From positions 9,093 to 73,092 of IMG/VR virus record IMGVR_UViG_3300049194_000052: a stretch of 64,000 nt of DNA; one strand, 5' to 3'. Numbering within the stretch: the first letter of the stretch is position 1; each line of letters begins with the position of its first letter. A program made the translations under genes and the position numbers. This document shows positions 44,673 to 53,360 of the stretch, one piece after another. The notes under the pieces were generated by a model. It ran no database searches and had not been told where the DNA came from. It saw nothing but the letters and a program-made list of their open reading frames with translations. This stretch comes from a virus.

Positions 44673-47605
44673 TTTTGGAAAGGCCCGACGCGCTCTTTCC
44701 GCAGCCCGGACAGGCTGAAACGGAAGACGCGCTCGGCACTTCCCTCTGGTCGTATCGCGCTGTCGGCGCAGATCACATCCAGGGTTGGGCTGTAGTTGCC
44801 CAGGGCATGCAGGTAGGACTCCAGGGTGTCGAAAAGCGGCGTCTCGCGGACCTGCGCGCAGTACCTGCGGTACTGGTCGTAGGAGCGCTCGATACGGATC
44901 TCGATCCAGCCCTCACCCTCCATGTAGTCCTTGCCCAGCTGCATCTCGTGGGGCTGGTCCTTCTCGCGGGACAGCAGCGACAGGCGATTGAGCACCTTGC
45001 TGATCTCGGCCATGCTGTGGATGGCCATCAGCGGCGCTGTGTCGGAGTCGTCACGAGCGTTGATCAGCGCTTCGATGCGCTCGTCGAACGTGTCGCCGAA
45101 CTTCGTGGCCAGCACGCGCTTAAGCACGGTCAAGCCGTGGATCACGATGGCCCGATTGAAGATCATGCGGGGCGCCATGCGCGCCTCGTCCGCGGTGTCC
45201 TCGGGCTGCCGGGCCATGATGCCCTCGCGGATCGCGTTGAACTCCTCACGCATCCTGGCCAGGTCGATGCCGAAGCCGGCCTCAACGATGGCCCGGCCGA
45301 GTGCGCTGATGGGCACCGGGTCACTCTGCAGCCTGTTGAACGCCTTCTCGCGCTCGACCGTGTGGGACGCTTTGGCGAAGGCGACCTGCACGGACCGCTC
45401 GATGATGGCGGTCTCCATCTCCAGGCTCTCGGCCATGAAGCAGATCGGCGCCGTGCACTTGGACTTGATGATCGCCATCGTGTTCTCGGCACCCTTGTTG
45501 ATGGTGCCGCGCTCGCCGATGTCCGAGCCCACATAGCTGGCCTTGAAGACGTCCTTGATCTTCTCCAGCTTGCCGCGGTGCATGCGCAGCTCGCGCGGCT
45601 TGTACTCGTCCATCAGGAACGGTGCCGACGTGGAGCTTGAGGCGTGGGCGTCGATGGCGTAGTTGGTGGCGCTCAGCGCGGACTTGACCGAGCGCCGCTC
45701 GGGCATGAACCAGTGCAGGTGGGCCAGCATCAGCACCGTCTGCGTCTTGCCCGAGCCGGCCTGGCCAAACGCCTGCAGCAGTGGGAACTGCTGGAAGAGG
45801 TGCAGGTACAAGCTGCGGTAATGCGCGGCGACGAACCATCCGAGCATGTCGGCCACGATCAACGGCTTGTTGAAGACCATGAGGTCATCGATCGCCGACT
45901 CCATGGACTCTTCAAGATGCGGTGCGAAGTGGATGTCGATGTCGTAGCTGGAGGTCACGGCGCCGGCCCGGTACTTCAGCTCGAAGTAGTCGGGGTGGCC
46001 TTTCTCCAGCGTGCTGATGTATGTGTCCTTGGTCAGGTAGACCAGAACGGGGGAGGGCTTGCCACTGACCTCCGGGTTGTTGACCACGAAGAACCCCTCG
46101 CGGGGGTAGGCGTAGACCTTGGCGCCTCGCTGTGCTTTTTCCGACATGATGTCCAGGAGTGAAGAGGCGTCGGCATCTGTGCCTTGGAATGACACCTGGT
46201 GGTTGGCGAAGAACTTGCGCAGGGCAGCGCAGGAGGTGAAGGCGTCGGCGGCCAGCATGTAGCGGCCCTTCTTGCGGCCCCCCACGTACATGTCGAACTC
46301 GTAGCCCTGGAACTCGTGCTTGTCCAGGTTGTAGAAGGCCTCGACGCGCCGCAGCGTGGCCCGGCAGAGGGGTTCAGACTCCTCCCCAGTCTTGCGGAAC
46401 ATGCCCTCGCTGTTCATGAACAGGCCGCGGCGCAGGCGCTTGTGACTGTCCAGGTGGGTGACGACGGCCGTGGGCTCGACGGTGTCGCCGTCTTCCACGT
46501 CGCCTTCGGCCTGGGCCGGCGGCACCCGCGTGTCAACGTCGCCGCTGTCCTCAGTCTCGATCTGACCCAAGTCGGTTGCCGGCGTGCCCTCGGGCAGCAG
46601 GCGGACCATCGGACCCACCTCGAAGTCGTAGAGGTTGTTCTCCGACATGTACTCCCACATGCGGGTCAACTCTTCGCGGCGCTTCGCTTCGGTGTTGTAC
46701 CGACGGCTGTCGCTGACGTGGTGCTGGATCAGACCGCGGCAGCGTTCGAGGAACTCTGCCAGGGGCATCGACGTCGTCGCGGCGAAGATGCTGAGCTGCA
46801 TCGCGATGGCCTGGAAGCCAGTGCCTTCGCGGAGGTCCTCGCCGCTCATCACGCGCTCGACGGTAGGCGGCACCTTGCCGGCCTTGCGCCAAGGGTCCAG
46901 CACTGCGTTGGCCTTGTCCTGGCGCTTCTTCTTGCCGCGCATCAGGTCCACGACCTTGGACTTGCTGCGGTCGAAGAGCATGGCGAAGCGGCCATTGACC
47001 ATCGGCGGTGTCTGGAAGACTGCCGGCTGGGGCTCCTTGACCAGCTGCTCGTACAGCTCGGCGTCGATCGTCAGGGCCTGCTCGACCGACAGCTCGACCT
47101 TGTAAGTGCCGCTGTCGCGGCGCACGTTCGGCGTGCGCCACTGGCGTCCGCGCTTGCCGGTATAGACGCGCAGGTCAAGTGTGTCGACGATGAGGGCCTG
47201 GGCCATCTCCCGGTACACGTAGGCCAGGTAGGCGGTGCCCGTTGGGGGCACCTTCGGCATGAAGCACTCGGCCGGGATCTCGATGTGGAAGCCCTTGCCG
47301 CCGGTGGCGAACATGCGGGCCTGACTGATGTCGAAGTCAAGCTCTGCATGCAGCTTGCCCAGAAACTCGCGGAACTGGTTGCAGACCAGGTCTAGGTCGC
47401 CATCGGCGTCGAAGTCGGCGTAGAAAGGGCCGCGGTAGCGGACCTTGGTCCAGTCGTTGTCGTCGGGAACGGAGGAGAGGTCCAGGACGGTGATGAAGGC
47501 AGGCCCCTTGGCCTGTACTGCTGCACGGTCGGATGCCAGGGCCATCTGCCACTGGCTCTCCTTCCCTTCCGCCTGGAAGAAGAAGTAGAAGTTTGGAGTG
47601 CTCAT
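44669..47605 (-). CDS. AEP primase fused to a C-terminal P-loop helicase
   Basis: YADFD, TGGKGFH, RQWRTPN (AEP motifs); Walker A GQAGSGKT, Walker B FLMDE. Confidence 0.85.
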   Translation of the reverse strand: MSTPNFYFFFQAEGKESQWQMALASDRAAVQAKGPAFITVLDLSSVPDDNDWTKVRYRGPFYADFDADGDLDLVCNQFREFLGKLHAELDFDISQARMFATGGKGFHIEIPAECFMPKVPPTGTAYLAYVYREMAQALIVDTLDLRVYTGKRGRQWRTPNVRRDSGTYKVELSVEQALTIDAELYEQLVKEPQPAVFQTPPMVNGRFAMLFDRSKSKVVDLMRGKKKRQDKANAVLDPWRKAGKVPPTVERVMSGEDLREGTGFQAIAMQLSIFAATTSMPLAEFLERCRGLIQHHVSDSRRYNTEAKRREELTRMWEYMSENNLYDFEVGPMVRLLPEGTPATDLGQIETEDSGDVDTRVPPAQAEGDVEDGDTVEPTAVVTHLDSHKRLRRGLFMNSEGMFRKTGEESEPLCRATLRRVEAFYNLDKHEFQGYEFDMYVGGRKKGRYMLAADAFTSCAALRKFFANHQVSFQGTDADASSLLDIMSEKAQRGAKVYAYPREGFFVVNNPEVSGKPSPVLVYLTKDTYISTLEKGHPDYFELKYRAGAVTSSYDIDIHFAPHLEESMESAIDDLMVFNKPLIVADMLGWFVAAHYRSLYLHLFQQFPLLQAFGQAGSGKTQTVLMLAHLHWFMPERRSVKSALSATNYAIDAHASSSTSAPFLMDEYKPRELRMHRGKLEKIKDVFKASYVGSDIGERGTINKGAENTMAIIKSKCTAPICFMAESLEMETAIIERSVQVAFAKASHTVEREKAFNRLQSDPVPISALGRAIVEAGFGIDLARMREEFNAIREGIMARQPEDTADEARMAPRMIFNRAIVIHGLTVLKRVLATKFGDTFDERIEALINARDDSDTAPLMAIHSMAEISKVLNRLSLLSREKDQPHEMQLGKDYMEGEGWIEIRIERSYDQYRRYCAQVRETPLFDTLESYLHALGNYSPTLDVICADSAIRPEGSAERVFRFSLSGLRKERVGPFQN

Positions 47606-47608
47606 CGC

Positions 47609-48106
47609 TCAGGCCTGTGCTGCGGCCTCAGCGCCGAACTCCTCCATCCATTGGGTGCGTGACTCGCAATAGATCACCTGCCGCTCCCTCAGGTGGTACC
47701 GACTCTTGGTCCGCAGCACGACGTCGAACCCCAGGTGGCCACCCGTTCCTGCCTGGTCAGCGTCGGCGCACCAGCGAACGCGCAGGTAGAGCGGCATGAA
47801 CATGAAGATGGGGTAGTCCAGCACCTGAGCCGGCGCATAGCCGACGGTGAAGCGGCGGCCGGTCGAACGGCTCAGCACTTCCATGCTGGCGCCGGCCTCG
47901 TGGTCGCACTGGAAATCCAGCACCTCAAGGGTGTCGAGCACCTTGCACTCCCGCTTCACCATCTCGTAGACGACGAAGAGACGCCCGCGGAAGCAGGCCT
48001 CGGAGCGGGCATGGCGGAGGCTCTCGTACAACTCACGCTGCTTCGTCGGCAACTGGGCGACGAGGGTGTCTTGAAGTTCTTCTTTGGAGAGGAAAGGCTT
48101 GGACAT
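47609..48106 (-). CDS. Hypothetical protein
   Basis: Operon context. Confidence 0.7.
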   Translation of the reverse strand: MSKPFLSKEELQDTLVAQLPTKQRELYESLRHARSEACFRGRLFVVYEMVKRECKVLDTLEVLDFQCDHEAGASMEVLSRSTGRRFTVGYAPAQVLDYPIFMFMPLYLRVRWCADADQAGTGGHLGFDVVLRTKSRYHLRERQVIYCESRTQWMEEFGAEAAAQA

Positions 48107-48132
48107 CGTGAGCTTTCAGTAGACGTGCGATT

Positions 48133-49617
48133 CTATAGAGCGTCGCAATTTATGGAAATGTCATTTCCGATCCCAAGTAACTCGGTCTTGAGGTCTGAAG
48201 CATTTCGGATGACGGTGTTGACCAGGGTGTCGTTCTCGATCAGCTTCTTGAACCCCTGCAATTGAAGGGTGCGCTGAGCGATCAGCAGGATGACGCCGAC
48301 CCGCTTCTTCTGGCCGGGCCGCAGGAGGCGGCGGATGGCCTGGTGGAAGTCCCGGGGCTGCTGGCAGGGCTCGATGAACATGCACCAGTTGCAGACGTGC
48401 TGAAAGCCGTCCAGCCCCTTGCTGCCACTGATGAACTGCACCACGATGACCCGGCACGTGGGGTCTTCGATGAAGCGCTGCTTGTTGCGCTCCTTCTGCG
48501 CGGCGCTGATCTCACTGTTGTAGCCGACGGCGCCGTAGTCGCCCAGGGCGATGACCAGGTTCCGCACAGTCATCTTGTAGTCGGCAAAGATCACGAGCTT
48601 GCCGGTGCCCATCTCCTGCAGCTTCTGGTCGACCATCACGGCGGCCTCGCTGAACAGGTCGGGATTGCCGGCGAAGTGGTTCCAGTTCACGACGATCTGG
48701 CCGAGTGCGTGGCGCAGCCGATTGGCCGTGCTGGCGTCGATCTTGCCGCCGTCGGGCAGCTTCAGCATTTCGTCGTTGACCAGGCGGCGGTACAGCTTCT
48801 CGTGGTCGGGGTGCAGCTCGTAGTTCAGGGGCATGTACAGCGGCTTGTCCGCATCGGGGTACATGTCGCTGTAGAGGATGCGCTTCGAATTGATCAGCAT
48901 CGCCGCTTCAAGCTGGTCAAGGTTCTGCCACTTGATGGGCATGTCGTAGAAGTCGCGTTCGAGGACGTGGGTGTTCTCGAAGTGCTTCTTGGACCGGTAG
49001 GTGCCAGGTGCGGAGAACTTCAGCAGGCCGTACCCGTCGCCCGGCTTGTTGATCGGCGTGCCGCTGAGTGGCATGACCGTGTGGCCGAGCGAGAACTCGT
49101 AGCAGGCCTCGTGATTGGCACTGTCGATGTTGGCCACCATCGTGGCCTCGTCGATGATCACCACGCGGAGGTCGTTGCCGTACTCGTTGTAGAAGCGCTC
49201 GTAGTCCCGCTTAAATACCTGAATTCCAACTATGACAAAAGTAGAGCGCAGCGATAGCTTTGAGCGCTGCTTGGGAGTGCCGTGGTAGGGAGTGACCGAC
49301 GGTGCCGGCTTGATCGAGCGCAGCCATACAGCCCACTGGACGATCAGGTTAGGCGGCACGATGACGACGACACGGGCGTTCTCCGTGATCACCCTGTACA
49401 GCGCGCACACGGTGCTCATGAACGTCTTCCCGGTGGCCATGTCCATCCAGCCGCCCGAGTTGCGCAGCGGGGCCAGATCGTTGATCGCGTCCACCTGGAG
49501 CGGGGCAGCTTCGAACGGGAAGGTGTAGTGCCTAAGCACCAGACCGAGTGGTGTCAGGCTGGTGGGCGCCTCGGCGCCTGAAGCGGTAGTCGGTGTGTCA
49601 GTTAGCGCGAGTTGCAT
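48133..49617 (-). CDS. SF2 (SNF2-like) helicase
   Basis: MATGKT, IIDEAT, LSGTP, GLDG.Q, QAIRRLLRPGQ. Confidence 0.88.
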   Translation of the reverse strand: MQLALTDTPTTASGAEAPTSLTPLGLVLRHYTFPFEAAPLQVDAINDLAPLRNSGGWMDMATGKTFMSTVCALYRVITENARVVVIVPPNLIVQWAVWLRSIKPAPSVTPYHGTPKQRSKLSLRSTFVIVGIQVFKRDYERFYNEYGNDLRVVIIDEATMVANIDSANHEACYEFSLGHTVMPLSGTPINKPGDGYGLLKFSAPGTYRSKKHFENTHVLERDFYDMPIKWQNLDQLEAAMLINSKRILYSDMYPDADKPLYMPLNYELHPDHEKLYRRLVNDEMLKLPDGGKIDASTANRLRHALGQIVVNWNHFAGNPDLFSEAAVMVDQKLQEMGTGKLVIFADYKMTVRNLVIALGDYGAVGYNSEISAAQKERNKQRFIEDPTCRVIVVQFISGSKGLDGFQHVCNWCMFIEPCQQPRDFHQAIRRLLRPGQKKRVGVILLIAQRTLQLQGFKKLIENDTLVNTVIRNASDLKTELLGIGNDISINCDAL

Positions 49618-50083
49618 GCCGGGCTCGGAAATCGGCCAGCACCAGCACGTTGCCCGCGCTGATGACAGGGGGGAACTGCTGGGTCAGGCGGTCAGAAGCG
49701 GCCTCAGCTCGGCGGGTGACCATGTCGACCCAGGCCTTGCCACCAGCCACGGCGAACGTGTGAAAGTCCGCATGCTCCTGCTCAAGCCACCACTCCAGGA
49801 AGCCCGCTGGGTGCAGGTTCAGGGCATGGTGCAGCATGTAGTCGCCGGAGACATCGTGGATGACACTCGACATCAGGCCGTCGGTGGGACTGTACCGGCG
49901 CCACCAGTCCCGCCCCGAGCCGGGCAGGTGGTCAAGGCGTGGGTTGGAGAGCCAGAAGAGGTTCCAAAACGCGTTGCAGTCCTCCTCGCCGAGCGAAGCG
50001 AGCGTTGCAACTTCACACGCATGGCCGCCCAGATCGAGCATATATGCGCTGATGGGGTGGTCTGAGTAGCTGAGGCTGTCCAT
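49598..50083 (-). CDS. Hypothetical protein (Trp/His-rich)
   Basis: Likely start MDSLSY; the upstream extension runs through an atypical AT-rich gap. Confidence 0.6.
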   Translation of the reverse strand: MDSLSYSDHPISAYMLDLGGHACEVATLASLGEEDCNAFWNLFWLSNPRLDHLPGSGRDWWRRYSPTDGLMSSVIHDVSGDYMLHHALNLHPAGFLEWWLEQEHADFHTFAVAGGKAWVDMVTRRAEAASDRLTQQFPPVISAGNVLVLADFRARHATRAN

Positions 50084-50255
50084 TCTTGTCAATTCTTCCC
50101 AAATTCTGACCACTAATGTAGCGGCGGCACCTGGGCACTGAAGCGTTAGAAATACCGTAACGATTGCAATCCCTAGGGCATATTTACCAAGCGGTTGGTG
50201 CAACGTGTAACCGGGTCTCTCGTGGTTCAGGGCTCATGAGTTGCATCCTAGGGGT

Positions 50256-50282
50256 GTGGTGGCTCAAATCATGAGCCACCAC
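50256..50282. repeat. Perfect 11-bp inverted repeat
   Basis: GTGGTGGCTCA-AATCA-TGAGCCACCAC. Confidence 0.85.
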
Positions 50283-50304
50283 TGTTCGGATGTACAGCCG
50301 TTTG

Positions 50305-50889
50305 TCAGGAGGACAGGTGGTCCGCGCCGCCCTTGTCGGCACGCGCCTCGGCCGCAGCGTCGGTGTAGGCGTCGGGGAAGCGCTGCCGCAGCTTGGCGAT
50401 GTTCTGGGCGCGGACTTGGTCGCCAGTGGTGCCCAGCAGCTCGGCCATGCGATCGATGAGTTCAGCCTGGACCTCAGCCATGTCGGACACGTCGGATGCC
50501 TCAGGCAGCTGATTGCCGTTGAGGTGCTCGATCGTGCCGATGACGGGGATAGCGGCGGTCGCAAAGAGCATCAGCGCGTAGTCGCCAAGCGACTTCAGGT
50601 TGTTGAGTTCGTCGACCTTGTCGATGTCAAGCTTGCGAAGGACGTTGCCGGCGCCACGCGAGCGCAGCATCACCGGGATGTACCAGCAGAAGTCGCCCAG
50701 CTCTTCGATCATGTGCTGGCGCATCTCCTCGCTCATCGGCTTGGCGTAGATCTCGATGCGCTTGACCTCGCTCACGAACTCACCGATCTCGGTGATGAAG
50801 CCCAGGGCGGCGTGGCGCAGCTCATCGGCCGGCGTCGGCATCGGCTTGGCGGTGCGGAGGGCGAGGGGGAAGTAGTCGGCGAAGTTCAT
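50305..50889 (-). CDS. mazG: MazG-like NTP pyrophosphohydrolase
   Basis: HAALG..TEIGE...EVK...EELGD..WY and NIAKL..RFP motifs. Confidence 0.88.
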   Translation of the reverse strand: MNFADYFPLALRTAKPMPTPADELRHAALGFITEIGEFVSEVKRIEIYAKPMSEEMRQHMIEELGDFCWYIPVMLRSRGAGNVLRKLDIDKVDELNNLKSLGDYALMLFATAAIPVIGTIEHLNGNQLPEASDVSDMAEVQAELIDRMAELLGTTGDQVRAQNIAKLRQRFPDAYTDAAAEARADKGGADHLSS

Positions 50890-50914
50890 ATGACGTGTTC
50901 GGTGAGAGGGCGTT

Positions 50915-50936
50915 GAAAGGCCCGCCGTAGCGGGCC
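50915..50936 (-). terminator. Stem-loop (cUACGg) with short U-tract
   Basis: GGCCCGC-TACG-GCGGGCC-TTTC. Confidence 0.55.
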
Positions 50937-50947
50937 GGGGAGGGCGA

Positions 50948-51244
50948 TCAGGCCGCGGGGGCTGCCGGCGTCTTGGGCGCCCGCTTCTGGACCGGCTTGG
51001 CCAGCAGCACGAGCAGCTGGTCGGCGTTAGCGGCGAGGAACTTGGGCAGCTCGACCAGGTCGAGAGCCTTGAAGCCAAGGTCTTCCTCGCCGTTGAACGC
51101 ACCCACGTTCAGCGTGCCGTCGTCAATGGCCTTCTGGACCGCGGCAATGCGCGGGCCGGCCAGGTTGTGGGCGACAGCTGCTTCCTTCGTCAGGAACTCG
51201 GTGCCGTCGGCAGCTTGAAACTTCTGAATGGTCTTGATTTCCAT
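50948..51244 (-). CDS. Hypothetical protein
   Basis: F.A.DG..F.T.E.A..H N-terminal motif common in phage proteins; biased codons. Confidence 0.75.
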   Translation of the reverse strand: MEIKTIQKFQAADGTEFLTKEAAVAHNLAGPRIAAVQKAIDDGTLNVGAFNGEEDLGFKALDLVELPKFLAANADQLLVLLAKPVQKRAPKTPAAPAA

Positions 51245-51288
51245 GGTGCTCTTTGGTGGGTGAAGTGACTCGCGGGGGCCGCGGGTGC

Positions 51289-51316
51289 AGAGTATCCCAC
51301 TTTGCATATGTGTCAC
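51289..51316 (-). promoter_or_regulatory. Sigma70-like promoter coincident with a 21-bp motif copy
   Basis: GTGACA-N16-TACTCT. Confidence 0.5.
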
Positions 51317-51350
51317 TCAAGGACTATTTGCAAAGCGGGGCGGTGCTCGG

Positions 51351-51755
51351 TCAGGACGCGTACTCGCGGACGGCATCGGCCGAAACGGTGCCTTCCACAA
51401 GCAGCGCAACAAGGGTCTCGCTCAGGACTTCGGGGCTCTCGTTCGGGAACACCTCGATGTGGCAGACGTCGGTGAGGATCAGGTAGATCGTGTTGGCGCC
51501 TAGCGATGTGACAACACCCCGCGCCCAGGCGAAACGACGCTGGACAGCCTTCATTTCCTGATCGTCGTCAAAGGTGAACAGCGCATCACCGTGGATGAAG
51601 CCGCCGTTGCCCCGGACCAGCATGCGGCCGATGTCGCGCACGTCGTCATCGTCCTTCCCATGCAGATCTCGGATGAAGCCGTGCAGGCAGCTGGTGACGA
51701 ACATGGAGAGGTCCTTGACGCCTTCCAGCTTGAGGCGGATGGTCAGTTCACCCAT
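51351..51755 (-). CDS. Hypothetical protein
   Basis: AAGGA RBS. Confidence 0.7.
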   Translation of the reverse strand: MGELTIRLKLEGVKDLSMFVTSCLHGFIRDLHGKDDDDVRDIGRMLVRGNGGFIHGDALFTFDDDQEMKAVQRRFAWARGVVTSLGANTIYLILTDVCHIEVFPNESPEVLSETLVALLVEGTVSADAVREYAS

Positions 51756-51779
51756 GGTGGTTCCTTCCTTCAGGTAGTG

Positions 51780-53027
51780 TCACAGTGAGGCCGCCTGAAG
51801 GTCCGCCACGGCGCCGTCGTAGAACTCCTCGCGCAGCGCCTGCATTGCCCAGTCGCTGCCGACGTAGCCCCAGCACGCGTCCTGGTAGGACTGCACCCAC
51901 TCTGGCTCGTCAGCTGAGCTGATGTTGGTGAAGGTCTCAATGACGCAGCCGTAGACGTCGCCGCCGAGCCAGGCGTTGTATTCGTCGAGCGCCTGTTGAG
52001 CCAGCTCGCGGGCGGCCTGGCGCCGGCCCCAGGCCCGTTGCACATCGGTCGGATTGAGCGGGCCGGCAAGCTGTTCGGCACGCTTGAACACGGTGTCCCA
52101 GTTGTCGGAGAAGTCGACCGAGACCAGTTCGTGATGCTCGTCGTCCTTCCACACGAGCTGCAGCAGCTGGTAGTCCTTGCCTGTGCCACGCAGCTGAGCG
52201 GGCGGCTTGCGAATCAGGAAGCTGGCGTAGACCCAGTCACGCCGGTCGATCTCGTCGCGGGCGACGTCGTCGGGCAGCCACACGCCAGCGCCGCTGCTGG
52301 TGTCCCAGCGGCATTGCATGCCACCGCCACTGATCGACCAGTGCAGGCCGCTGTGGTCGTAGACGTCGAGGACGACGGCGTCCTTGTCACCGATGTCGCC
52401 GCGGTCGCGGGCTGCAATCCACAGGTCGTGCTGAACCTTCTCGACGTCAAAGTGAAAGAGGGCCGCAGCGTTGCTCGCCTGGTGGCTGCTGAAGTCGTGC
52501 TCGGTGAGGTAGCTGTTCGCGTCGCACAGCGCGTAGTAGGGGCGGGTCTCGGTGAAGATGTCGGTCGTGACCAACTCGTCACGCAGGGCGTTGATGTACT
52601 CGCCAGCGGCGTTGCATTCGTCCTCGCTCACAGGCGGCGGGTAGCCCAGCTCGTCGATCACGGCCGACCAGAAGTCGCTGTCCTGCCTCTCCAGATACGC
52701 AACCCATGCGGCGTTGACGTCGTCGGCGACCTTCTCGTAGTCGGGATCACCGTGGCGGTCGAGGCCGAGTGCCTCGAACATGTCGACCTCACTGTGGTTG
52801 CGAGTCTGGTACTTCCCCCGGCCAACGACGCGGCCATAGCCATCGCTGTTGTCGAGGGGGTTCTCGCAGTCGTCGTCGTGGACCAGGTAGGCCACGACCA
52901 CCTGGAAGCCGGACTGGTGGATGAGCGGGTCCATTCCATCAACAGGCTTGAACTGGAGTTCGATTTCTGTGCCGTTGTCGTCGTCGAGGGTCAGGGTGTG
53001 ACCGGTCCGCGAGAGGAGGCTGTACAT
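51780..53027 (-). CDS. Conserved acidic phage/MGE hypothetical protein (YDHSG...CRWD.S...G; EYNAWL.GDVYG; CWGY.G)
   Basis: Motif family often seen in early regions; AAGGA RBS. Confidence 0.8.
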   Translation of the reverse strand: MYSLLSRTGHTLTLDDDNGTEIELQFKPVDGMDPLIHQSGFQVVVAYLVHDDDCENPLDNSDGYGRVVGRGKYQTRNHSEVDMFEALGLDRHGDPDYEKVADDVNAAWVAYLERQDSDFWSAVIDELGYPPPVSEDECNAAGEYINALRDELVTTDIFTETRPYYALCDANSYLTEHDFSSHQASNAAALFHFDVEKVQHDLWIAARDRGDIGDKDAVVLDVYDHSGLHWSISGGGMQCRWDTSSGAGVWLPDDVARDEIDRRDWVYASFLIRKPPAQLRGTGKDYQLLQLVWKDDEHHELVSVDFSDNWDTVFKRAEQLAGPLNPTDVQRAWGRRQAARELAQQALDEYNAWLGGDVYGCVIETFTNISSADEPEWVQSYQDACWGYVGSDWAMQALREEFYDGAVADLQAASL

Positions 53028-53042
53028 GGTTGTTCCTTGGGA

Positions 53043-53063
53043 GCCCCGGCGTTGAGCCGGGGC
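53043..53063. other. Stem-loop upstream of the 415-aa gene
   Basis: GCCCCGGC-GTTGA-GCCGGGGC. Confidence 0.6.
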
Positions 53064-53070
53064 AGGGTTA

Positions 53071-53217
53071 TCAAATGCGGAAGAACTCCTGCTCCTCGAA
53101 GTCTTCGAGGCGGCGGGTCGCAGCAGTCCGTTTGGCCTTGATTGCCAGACGGTCGAAGCGCGGCTTGAGGTGGGCCGGACTGCGTTCGGAGAAAGACTGA
53201 TGGTGGTGAGTTTTCAT
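53071..53217 (-). CDS. Small hypothetical protein
   Basis: AGGA RBS before MKTHHH. Confidence 0.45.
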   Translation of the reverse strand: MKTHHHQSFSERSPAHLKPRFDRLAIKAKRTAATRRLEDFEEQEFFRI

Positions 53218-53254
53218 GTGAGGGTCCTGCAAAGCTGCCAAGGTGAAGGTGATT

Positions 53255-53280
53255 CCCTTGCTGGGCAGCAGCAGCAAGGG
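53255..53280. other. Stem-loop
   Basis: CCCTTGCTG-N8-CAGCAAGGG. Confidence 0.55.
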
Positions 53281-53360
53281 CCTATGGGATGTGTTTCACG
53301 CCAACGTTCCTCTGGTTGTCTCCAAGTTCGACCGCTTGTCTATGCAAGCTTCGTCGGACC

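Noticed and set aside
49598-50203. ORF-track start at 50203 giving a hydrophobic N-terminal extension
   Set aside because: The extension has atypical AT-rich codons and runs through the palindrome-rich gap; 50083 is the more plausible start, though this is not proven.
41560-50889. 2-aminoadenine (Z) or 7-deazaguanine genome system
   Set aside because: No PurZ, HD-domain DatZ, or Que/FolE/DpdA genes are recognisable in the window; kept only as a weak hypothesis.
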